DNA from: Octopus sinensis | Lineage: Eukaryota | DNA length: 33,173 bases | Direction of reading: 5' to 3' | NCBI RefSeq assembly: GCF_006345805.1 | Contig: NW_021829592.1 | Coordinates: 1 to 33,173, forward strand | In this document: piece by piece, positions 22,898 through 32,795 of the stretch | Position numbering within the stretch: position 1 is the stretch's first letter | Layout of the letters: every line of letters starts with the position of its first letter | Notes under the pieces: generated by a model | Told to the model about the DNA's origin: nothing | Databases searched by the model: none | Seen by the model: the letters and a program-made list of their open reading frames with translations, nothing else | Made by a program: the position numbers and the translations under genes

Positions 22898-23029
22898 GAC
22901 GTGCTTCATTCAGTTTCCCTTTACCAAATCCACTTATAGGGCATTGGCCGGTTCGAGGCTATAGTAGAAGCCACTCGTCCAAGTTGCCACGCAATGGGAC
23001 TGAACCCGAAACCATGTGGTTGGGAAGCC
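22588..23029 (-). mobile_element. SINE family B, near full length, internal (TG)n
   Basis: Head/CORE-like part 22895-23029, (CA)n 22778-22894, tail 22588-22777. Confidence 0.88.
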
Positions 23030-23328
23030 ACTGGGATTGAATTTCACTTTATCTAATTTCCTCGCGTTCGACAACATACTACAGCATACTGCAGCCGTCA
23101 CTCGCAAGCGAGGGCGACCTCATGGTGGCATGTCACGAGATTTTCACTAAATGTCTCAGCTGCTTGTCGAGTAGCGACATAGGCAGCCTTTTCGTCCTTA
23201 CATCCAGTTGGACATCCAGGGTGTGACATCCAGAGGAGACAGAAGGAGGCACCAGCGCAGATTACTGAATAAACTGGGGTAGCATGAAGCGAATTACCTT
23301 ACTCAAAGACAACACGTCGTCCGAGAAA

Positions 23329-23755
23329 TTTTTTTTTTCACGTGAGTTCCAGACCCCAGGACTGAACTCATTTGCATGCAGCCAATCAGAGCTCGCCTAG
23401 TTATGCCTGATTTTAGAAGGAGACAAGTAATTAGATAAATTTGCATATCGGATTTTGTTAGGGCCCCATATGGTAAAGATGGGGATGGGAAAAATGTGGG
23501 TAGAGGGTGATGTGCTAGCAACCCTCTCCCCTTTGTGTTTTACAAAGTAAACAACAACACAAATAACTACGCAGAGGAAGCCATGGTTGAAACAAGAACA
23601 AGAACAACGAGAGAAAAGCGGCATGGCCATTCCTTATCCAAGTGACCTTATCTTATCATCCATCACTTGTTATGCGCTCATAAGTTAGTTTGATAGTTGA
23701 GCTCTGATTGGCTGTATGCAAATGAGTTCATAACTCCCGTGAAAAAAAAAAAAAA
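23329..23755. mobile_element. MITE-like element with ~50-bp TIRs containing octamer and CCAAT motifs
   Basis: TGAACTCATTTGCATGCAGCCAATCAGAGCTC (23363-23394) is the reverse complement of 23699-23730 with 1 mismatch. Outer TTTTTTTTTTCACG(T/G)GAGTT is also mirrored. Confidence 0.75.
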
Positions 23756-24135
23756 CTTCGTGTCCCATCCAGAAATTGAACTTGCAGAATTAGGATGGTG
23801 AGCCGAACACACTTAACTAACGCATCTTTACCAACAAAATAGACACAGCAATAAATATAAAGTTATCTCCCCTAACCGCTCGGCTATACATGTTGCGCAA
23901 CAGAGCAGATAGCAAATTATTATCTCGAGTCCTGGGACTCAGTTACTCAGTTTCCTTGGTTGTAAGGGACCAAGATCGTAATATTATCTCTGAGCGGGGC
24001 ACCAGTCCGTCTCAGGAATACTCATGTAGAGCCTAGTGGAGTCGAACAGTGCGAAATGGAGTGTTGTGCTGAAGAATACAACGCGTCACCCGTCCACAAA
24101 TCGAAACCATAATCTTGCATAGATCCCTTACATAT

Positions 24136-24340
24136 AGGCGCGGGCGTGGCTGTGGTAAGAAGCTTCCTTTCCAACCTCATGGTTCCGGGTTCAGTCCCAG
24201 TGCGTGGCACTTGGACAAGTGTCACCTACTATAGCCTCGGACCGACCAAAGCCTTGTGAGTGGATTTGGTAGGCGGAAACTGAAAGAAGCCCGTCGTGTA
24301 TATATATATATATGTACGTATGTATGTAAGTGTATTTATT
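24136..24340 (+). mobile_element. SINE family B 5' half plus (TA)/(TG) tract
   Basis: GGCGTGGCTGTGGTAAG...GGGTTCAGTCCC...GGCACTTGGACAAGTGTC...GGAAACTGAAAGAAGCCCGTCG. Confidence 0.88.
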
Positions 24341-24553
24341 TGACACTTTATCTGGCACAACTGGGCCACCATGTAGTTCACGTTACCTGCTGGAAATTGT
24401 GGCCTAATCTCCTTCAAATCTTACAATGCCATTTTAAGAATGTGAAGAACACCTTAAATAATGCAAAACGAGATGGTCACAACTAGAACGACTTTGGTGA
24501 TAGATCAACTTGATTGTGATAGGTGTAGGCTTACAGTAGCAGCAGCAGCAAGT

Positions 24554-24945
24554 GGAGGCGCATTGGCCCAGTGGTTAGGGAAGCGGACTCGCGGTCGGAG
24601 GATCGCGGTTTCGATTCCCAGACCGGGCGTTGTGTGTGCTTATTGAGCGAAAACACCTAAAGCTCCACGACGCTCCAGCAGGGGGTGGTGGCGATCCCTG
24701 TTGTACTCTTTCGCTTCAACTTTCTCTCACTCTTTCTTCCTGTTTCTTGTCCCCGACTTCCTACGCAACCGCTGAGCCTGGATGCACATTCATCCATCCG
24801 TCGATGCTCTCGGTGTCGGGGGTTGACCTGCTCTCTCTTCTGCGGGTCTTACAAATAGCAAAGGACCACGTTTCGGACTTCTCCCACTCGCGATCTTGCG
24901 AGCTCTGGGACGAAGACCGCTTCGCTCAACAAACAAACAAACAAA
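24554..24945 (+). mobile_element. tRNA(Arg)-like-headed SINE, family C, with (ACAA)n tail and 17-bp candidate TSD
   Basis: A box TGGCCCAGTGG 24564-74, B box GGTTTCGATTCC 24607-18, tail CAACAAACAAACAAACAAA. CAGTAGCAGCAGCAGCA at 24534-50 and 24947-63. Confidence 0.85.
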
Positions 24946-24953
24946 GCAGTAGC

Positions 24954-24985
<32 letters not shown>

Positions 24986-26849
24986 TAGCAGCAGCAGCAG
25001 CAGTAGCAGCAGCATCATCATCACAAAAAAAACAAAAAAAAACGACAGTAACCAGACTAAAATATGATATTAGTTAATACAACTTGGGAACGTTCAATTG
25101 ATATCGGTTTCTCAACTTCCTTCCCCTTCTGTATCCTTATAGCCTTTCTTTTTTAACTGAATATAAAATTTATAAAATACTTAGAAGTGTTCTACCATAA
25201 AAAATAAATAAATTATTAAATTAAATAAAGTTAAATAAATTTTCAAAGACGTAACATTTTCCAAGTTCCATTTCCGAAGTAAAAACTTATAGGGTATTGC
25301 AAGGGAAGTAACTTCCTTACCAACACTTATAGTTACTTCCCTTTGAACCAGAATTTATCTTCCTCTCGTCTGACGATGTTTTGAAATGAATTCAGACAAA
25401 TAAGTGACAATTAAGAAAGACGTTGGAGCATTCATGCCTCGCCTAATCAGTTATGAAACTGATTAAATGAAATTGACCAGTTTTTTAATTTAAATATCTA
25501 CATATTTTATAATTTTGTTTACAGTTTTATCGTTTATATGCTAATAACATGCTGTATTCGTGTCTGCATTTTAGTCGGCGCGCGCGCGTGTGTGTGTGTG
25601 TGTGTGTGTGTATTGAGCTGTATGCGTGTGGGAATATGTGTTTATCAAGGTGTATGTGTTCATCCCTCCTCATATATAATGTATGACTGCGCGTAAATGT
25701 ATGTGGGGTACGTGCGTGCGAGTATGGAGTATCGGGGGGATGGTAGTTCCCGGGGAAAAAGGATTGACTGAAGCAGATAGTGCGGTAGGTTGGCAAATGA
25801 AAAACGCAGGTGACTGATTGCCCTATGATATATTAGAAGACATACGTTAATTGAGAAGAAAGGGTATATTCTAAAAATAGAAATAAACGAGAAAAAAATC
25901 GTGATCGATATATGTCCATCATTGAGAAGAGCAAACTCGAAATCACGTGATCTCGGCGCTGGAGGTAGTGGGAATTTGTCTCACCACTAGTGATATAAAC
26001 AATTGTGCATTTTGTTTCTCTCGTGGCAGCTACCGCAGTATAGTTTGTTCCAACAGAACAGCCACGTTTAAGTGGAGATAAACATTATCCCTCGGTGTTA
26101 AAACTGCCTCTGTCGGTAATAAATATATTTTTTAACAAGTTCACTGGCTAATCCCGACACCAGCGCCTGTTCTGGTACTGTCAATCTATATATCGCTGGC
26201 GGAGATGAATCGCTGCCACCTCCGGCGTTCGAGCGTCTATCATAGACGAGATCAAGAAAGGTCGAAATGACATGATCTCGTGGTCTCGGCGCTGGAAATG
26301 GCGGAGATTTATCTCCCCGCTAGCGATGTAAACAGTTGCGAATTTTGCACCAAAAGTCAATATGAGAATTTCTCTCATGGTAACAACTGCAGTATAACTT
26401 GTTCTAACAGAGCATCCACTATTAAGTGGGGATCCATGTTACCTCTCGAGATATTGGTGCTTGTGATGGATCTTCCGTCGGTTTCGACGGTAAACATTCA
26501 ACTGTAGGATCCACTGAACTACCTACTTGACCAATTTATGTAAGTATTAATGTAAATATTCTATAAACACGTGAATCGGTCACGTAATTCTCAGACAAAA
26601 TGGGTCATGCCGTAGCTAGGGTGTGTGCTTGCCAGTGGAAGCGCTTGAGTCTGTCTCCCCACTTTCCAGGCCTCCAAGCCCCCAAGCCTATACAGGCTTA
26701 TGCAGTTGGCCCAAAATTACAGCCCCAATAATGACGTCACCCAAGGTAGACCTCACTGCCCCCCCTCTATCTACGCTACAACAAATGAGCGTGGCACCTT
26801 GGGTAATATTCGGATCTTTGATTTCCTCGTTCATTCCATTCTTTTGTTT

Positions 26850-27006
26850 TTACCTTTTATTTGCTTCAGTCGTTAGACTGCGGCCATGCCGAAAGGATGA
26901 AAGGCAAAGTCGACCTCGGCGGAATTTGAACTCAGAACGTAACCGCAGACGAAATACCGCTAAGCATTCCGTTGGGCGTGCTAACGTTTCTGCCAGCCCG
27001 CCGCCT
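26850..27006 (-). mobile_element. Chimeric SINE: family A head and central domain fused to family B tail
   Basis: Minus strand ...GCCTTTCATCCTTTCGG|CATGGCCGCAGTCTAACGACTGAAGCAAATAAAAGG. Confidence 0.85.
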
Positions 27007-27070
27007 TTGAATCTTTTCATTCTTCCCTCTTACTCGATTTCTCTTATTGAACTACCACCTTCTCTCTCCC

Positions 27071-27104
<34 letters not shown>

Positions 27105-27434
27105 ATTCACGCACACACATACACATACGCACACAGACGAATGAATACACGCAATCTTTCTGTATGTCTGTCTGTTTCTCTGTCTCTCTTTCTCTTTCGC
27201 ACTAACACACTCACGTACACACAATTTCACTCTCACACACACATGCATAAAAAACTCTCTTTCTCTTCCCCACTCTGTCTGTCTGTCTGTCTGCTTTCCT
27301 CCATTACCCGCGCATACAACCCTTCACCCCTCTCTGTTCCATTTCCCTCTGTCTCCCTCACCGTCTCTTTCTCTGTCTCTCTATTTCGATTTCTGTCTAT
27401 CTGTCTATCTGTCACTCTCTCTCCCTTACACACA

Positions 27435-27480
<46 letters not shown>

Positions 27481-27918
27481 CACACACACACAAACCAACT
27501 TTTCAATTCCTTTCGTCCTTCGGTTGGCTCCGAAATAAACTTCTGTCGCCAAATACCAATCTGATACCTACCAATATCGATCGAACTTGCTAGTGATCAA
27601 TAACAACATTAATTCTTATCCCAATAGGGCGGTGCTGCGCCAAAAACGGTAAAATGCCGTATGCATTTATTTCCACTAATTATTTATGTCTCCAGACGAT
27701 CCGGGTTCAAATCCCAACGCGGCTTATTTTTTCTCTTTGATCCTTCCTCTTTGATAAAATATGAACGTTTGCAGGATATCGGCACTGACATAGCTGTGGG
27801 GTTAAAGTGTTCGTTTGACAACCACACAGTTCCAGGTTCGATCTCAGTGCGCAGCATCTTGAGAATACATATATGTATACATATACATGTGTGTGTTGTG
27901 TGTGTGTGTGTATATACA

Positions 27919-28134
27919 CGAGGGGATGCCAAACGTTCCTGTTTCTGGGTAAAAGAAAATACTGGAGGATCAGTTAATTAGGATTTTATTCAACATATTC
28001 CCTTCTCAGATTCACACACTTAATGCAGCGGTCCTTCAGTTTTTCCAAGCCCTCTAAAAGAACTCGGAAGGTTGGGCCTCCGACCACGCCTTTCGCGAAA
28101 CCCTTAAAACCAAGAACTTTTCAGTAACCCCTCA
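27919..28134. mobile_element. Mariner-derived MITE (~216 bp)
   Basis: Left CGAGGGGATGCCAAACGTTCCTG, right reverse complement TGAGGGGTTACTGAAAAGTTCTTGG. Set in TA-rich flanks with degenerate TA TSDs. Confidence 0.75.
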
Positions 28135-28260
28135 TGTGTATTTGTGTGTGTGTGTGTGTGCATATATATATATATACGTATATATAAACCGAAGTTAACA
28201 CATAAATGTGAAACAAGGTGGAAAAAAGAGTACTCAAATACCAGTGGTAGAGTAATATGC

Positions 28261-28427
28261 TTTATTTAAAAGCAGCAGAAAATTCAACACAAAACTGTTA
28301 CTCTGAGTTTTATGTTCCCGTTCGTCGGACAGTTTTTTCTAAAATTCTAGCAAAAACTGTCCGACGAACGGGAACGTGAAACTCAGAGTAACAGGTTTTG
28401 TTGAATTTTCTGCTGCTTTTAAATAAA
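28261..28427. repeat. 167-bp loop-less palindrome containing mirrored hammerheads
   Basis: Arms pair across the axis 28344/28345 with about 5 substitutions or indels. Confidence 0.93.
28357..28394 (+). ncRNA. Type I hammerhead ribozyme, CCGACGA core variant (mutated mirror copy 28295-28332, -)
   Basis: cugu-CCGACGA-acg(ggaa)cgu-GAAA-CUC(a)GAG-UA^acag. Confidence 0.7.
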
Positions 28428-28439
28428 TACACACACACA

Positions 28440-28478
<39 letters not shown>

Positions 28479-28479
<1 letters not shown>

Positions 28480-28849
28480 CTTGTTTCAGTCATTTGACTG
28501 CGGCCATGCTGGAGCACCGCCTTTAGTCGAACAAATCGACCACAGGACTTATTCTTTCTAAGCCTAGTACATATTCTTTTTGCCAAACCGCTAAGTTACG
28601 GGGACATAAACACACCACCATCAGTTGTCAAGCGATGTTGGGTGTGGAGGACAGATGCACAAACATATACACACAAATATATATATATATACATATACGA
28701 CGGGCTTCTTTCACTCTCCGTCTTCCAAATCCACTCGCAAGGCTTTGGTCATCCCAAGGCTTTAGCAGAAGACACTTGCCCAAGGTGTCACGCAGTGGGA
28801 CTGAACACGGAACCATGTGGTTGGTAAGCAAGCTACTTATCACACAGCC
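28479..28849 (-). mobile_element. SINE family B, full length with short internal microsatellite
   Basis: Head 28700-28849, (TA/TG) 28660-28697, tail 28479-28650. Confidence 0.9.
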
Positions 28850-28970
28850 TTTCATCCTTTCGGGGTCGATTAAATAAGTACCAGTTAAGCACTGGGTTCG
28901 ATGTAATTTATTTAATGCCTTTGTCCTTATTTGTCCCCTCTATGTTTAGTCCCCTGTGGGCAATAAAGAA

Positions 28971-28972
<2 letters not shown>
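28847..28972 (+). mobile_element. SINE family A 3' half, fused head-to-head with the previous element
   Basis: GCCTTTCATCCTTTCGGGGTCGATT...GTGGGCAATAAAGAAAT. Confidence 0.88.
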
Positions 28973-29001
<29 letters not shown>

Positions 29002-29083
29002 CACACACATATATGCACACATATATATATGTACACACGCACTCGCACACACACAGACACACAGACACAGACAGACACTCGCA

Positions 29084-29130
<47 letters not shown>

Positions 29131-29696
29131 GTGTGTGTGTGTGTAATTTAATGTACACATAAAGATACTAGCTACTGATAATTTTTTGATTGGATACGCG
29201 TGTCTAGGCAGGTTTTTGTAACACGTCTTGTGTCTTCAAGCAATTCTCAGGCTCTGAGCACATGGCCCATTCAATCTGATATCGGTGGTGTAGGAATATT
29301 CTTAGCAGAGAAATGTATGTTATATAAATCCATAATAGAGCGTAAATTGGTAGTGTAAACTTAGCTATCACGCGAAAACTATTGGAGATTAGGAATTCGA
29401 AGTAGAAAACTACGTGTTGGAAGTATATAATTAACTGTTCGTTTGAGACAAGATGACCAAAAAAGTAGTCCATTCAGTGAGACATAAATATCATTTAATG
29501 TACACAGCAGCTCGGATCTTTATTCTGTCTACTTTAAACGAAATTTATATTTCACTGGATGAAGCACTTATTTGTCGATTTTCTTTTAACAGAACATTAA
29601 ACTATATATATAAACACACACATATATATATGCGTATACATATATCCATATAAATATATATACACACATTTTCTCTCCTTGTTTCTTTCTGTGTTC

Positions 29697-29732
29697 CTTT
29701 CTGTGGAAGAGCGTAGGCTCGAAACGTTAAAG
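29697..29732 (+). ncRNA. Degenerate minimal hammerhead related to 17866-17900
   Basis: cuuu-CUGUGGA-a-gagc(guag)gcuc-GAAA-CG-UU^aaag. A6 is changed to U, so it is probably impaired. Confidence 0.5.
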
Positions 29733-29878
29733 ACTTTTTCACTTCCCGAGCGTTATACTAATACATCTGTTTGTTTTGTACACCACCTGTCTTCGTCTTT
29801 CGGTTTTTTGTGAATTCTCCCTATATACATATGTATATACACAATATATAAGCATAATATACAATACATACACATATA

Positions 29879-29925
<47 letters not shown>

Positions 29926-30633
29926 CTTTTAGCCAACACATAGATACTTGCGCCAACAAAAAAACACCAAACTTCAGAATTTCCCCTCTTACCAATTTAG
30001 GGACGATACAACCTCGAGACAACGATAAGTAAAGAAAATCTTTATTATAAAATACAGGCGACTTCTTAACGGGTCTACGACAAACAATTAATATACCTCA
30101 ACTTAAGAATAAAAGAAATATATATACACACACAAATATTACATTCCATAGAATCCATTACTAATCGCCCCATCACAGCTAATCTTCACCCATTCATATT
30201 CTCCTTCTATGTTTTTTTTCTTCTTCTTCCTCTTCTTCTTCTTCATCATCATCATTATCATCATCATCGTCGTCATCGTCATCACACCATCATCATCGTC
30301 ATCTTCTCCTTCTCCTTCTTTTCTTCATCGTCATCATCATCGGCACCGTCATCTTCTTCTTCTTCTTCTACTTCTCCACCTTCTACCCCTTAACCTTGTC
30401 ACTAATGTCTTTAAGTATAACGCCTACGCAGCGACTGCCGGTCGCCACTGACCAGCCCAGATTTTCCCACTCCACCCCCTCAAGAACTCACAACGACCTC
30501 GAATACACAAGTGCAAACAGGGAGTCAGAGAAAGGCAGAATGCCACCTATATCTGAACACTACTATGGAAGTATTCCTTTAAAAATTCTTCTAATTTTTC
30601 TAAATTTTTCTAAATTTAATTATTTAATCGTTA

Positions 30634-30673
30634 CAGTTGAAAAGGTCTCAAAATGACCGAAACGGTACTGAAA
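30634..30673 (+). ncRNA. Type I hammerhead ribozyme with U3-A8 covariant core
   Basis: cag-UUGAAAA-gguc(ucaaaau)gacc-GAAA-CGG-UA^cug. Confidence 0.6.
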
Positions 30674-30854
30674 GATTCACTATAAAATCATCTTAGCATT
30701 TTCTATTTTTGACTTGTTTTTTCATATATATATATATATATTATATATATATATATAATATATATATTATATATATAATATTAGGGAATAAATCCAAATT
30801 TACAGGGAAAAAATCAGATTTAGGATTAAATCCAATTTTATAGTAAAATATTAT

Positions 30855-31185
30855 AAATATTATTAGAGACAAAACCACTATTTTGCAAAAAACAAACAAG
30901 GAAAGACTTAATCAATAAAAATTTAATAAATAGTCCAAAAAACCGCCCTACAATTGTTTCTTGTCTTGATCGACAATCTTCAGGTGGACTTCCAATAAGT
31001 CAGTTTCAAATTATGAAGTCTTCATAATTTGAAACTGACTTATTGGAAGTCCACCTGAAGATTGTCGATCAAGACAAGAACACAATGTAGGGGCGGTTTT
31101 TTTGACTATTTATTAAATTTTATGTATGATGATAAGTCTTTCCTTGTTTGTTTTGCAAAATAGTGGTTTGTCTCTAATAATATTT
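30855..31185. repeat. 331-bp fold-back palindrome with 1-nt loop containing mirrored hammerheads
   Basis: Axis TTATGAAG-T-CTTCATAA at 31019. Arms extend to AAATATTATTAGAGAC / GTCTCTAATAATATTT. Confidence 0.93.
30945..30989 (-). ncRNA. Type I hammerhead ribozyme, canonical core (damaged mirror copy 31049-31094, +)
   Basis: guccac-CUGAAGA-uuguc(gaucaa)gacaa-GAAA-CAAUUG-UA^gggc. Stem I is imperfect. Confidence 0.68.
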
Positions 31186-31239
31186 GTATATATATATCTA
31201 ATATATATATATATATATATATAATATGAATATATAATA

Positions 31240-31442
31240 TTTACTCTTTTACTTGTTTCAGTCATTTGATTGTGGCCATGTTGGAGCAAAGCCTTAAGTC
31301 GAACAAATAGACCACAGGACTTCTTCTTTGTAAGCCTAGTCCTTATTCTATCAGTCTCTTTTGCCGAACCGCTCAGTTATGGGGACGTAAACACACCACC
31401 ATCGGTTGTCAAGCGATGTTGGGGGAACAAACACAAACACAT

Positions 31443-31487
<45 letters not shown>

Positions 31488-31662
31488 CATATATACATAT
31501 ATACGACAGGCTTCTTTCAGTTTCCGTCTACCAAATCAACTCACAAGGCTTTGGTCGGCCCGAGGCTATAGTAGAAGACACTCGCTCAAGGTGCCACGCA
31601 GTGGGAATGAACCTGGAACCATGTGGTTGGTAAGCAAACTACTTACCACACAGCCACACCTG
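31240..31662 (-). mobile_element. SINE family B, full length, internal (TA)n(TG)n
   Basis: Best-preserved copy: head, CORE-like GGCACCTTGAGCGAGTGTCTTCTACTATAGCC, microsatellite 31440-31502, tail ending GAAACAAGTAAAAGAGTAAA. Confidence 0.92.
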
Positions 31663-31904
31663 ATATAGGTGTGTGTGTGTGTGTGTATGTGTGTGTGTGT
31701 GTATGTATTTTGTGTGTGTGTGTGTATGCGAGAGAGAGATAATACGTGAGTATGAGTGTGTGAAGAGCAGAGCCGTGGTCCATTACCAACGTATCTGGAT
31801 CGACTTGAGCGGTTGTTCCGAGCGCGTATTGTGTGAGGCCATTATTCAAGTGACAAATGAATGTCATAGGTCGGTGCTTGTGGTTAACATTGGCACCGGT
31901 GTGA

Positions 31905-32795
31905 CAACAACAACACTTTGAATGGCACAAATGACAACGGCAACAATAACAACAACAGCAACAATAACAACATCGACATCGCTGACGACGACGATGACGA
32001 CAACGACGGTAAGAAATGAAGATGCGGAAGAAAATGAAAGGAAGGAAATGAAAGAGACGGTAGGAGGTGAGCAGTGGTAGGAGGAAGAGGAGGAGGGAGA
32101 AGAAGGGGAGGAAGAGAGGATGGGGTAGGGAGTAAGACTGGGAGGAGGAGGGAGGGGAAGGCTGAAGGGGAGGAAGAGGTGGATGTGGAGGAGGAGGTTG
32201 CGGAAGAAGGGGTAGGAGGAGGGGGAAAGGGAAGAATGAAGTGGGTTGTGAGAAAGATGAATGATGGGAAGAGAAGAGCGAGAAAGAAACGATGGAGGAT
32301 TTAATATATGGAGGATTATAACGGCAACAAACTCTATCACCGCTGTCACACCCCTACCCCCACCGCAGCACAACCACCACCACCACCACCACCACCACCA
32401 CCACCACCACCACCACAACCAACAACAACATCAACAGCATTAACAACAATAATGACAACAACAATATCACAACCACCACCACCACCACCACCACCACCAC
32501 CGCCGCCGCCTCTTCCACCATCACTGCCACCACTACCACCACCATCACCACCATCGACACCCCTCACCACCACCACCACCACCATCACCACCATCACCAT
32601 CACCATCACCAACACCACCACCACCGCGACAACAACGACATCACCACCACCACTAGGAGCACTACCACTAATGCCACCACCATCAACACCATCACCCCCA
32701 CCACCATCAACACACCACCATCAACACACCACCATCAACACACCACCATCAACACACCACCATCAACACACCACCATCACCACCAATACCACCAT
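31905..32795. repeat. (ACA)/(GAC)/(GGA)/(CAC)n low-complexity tract
   Basis: Direct reading. Source of the poly-P/T/H/W pseudo-ORFs. Confidence 0.9.

Noticed and set aside
6820-24075. Isolated CTGANGA heptamers (e.g. 6826 -, 8654 -, 17387 -, 21905 -, 24069 +)
   Set aside because: None is followed by a stem II and GAAA-stem III-NUH
24554-24630. Possible tRNA-Arg gene
   Set aside because: Acceptor and anticodon stems do not pair properly, and it continues into a SINE body with tail and TSD
25301-25410. 13-bp perfect hairpin (25301-13/25331-43) and CTGACGA with a stem II-like hairpin (25370-98)
   Set aside because: No GAAAN...NUH half follows, so it is not a hammerhead. The hairpin alone is uninformative.
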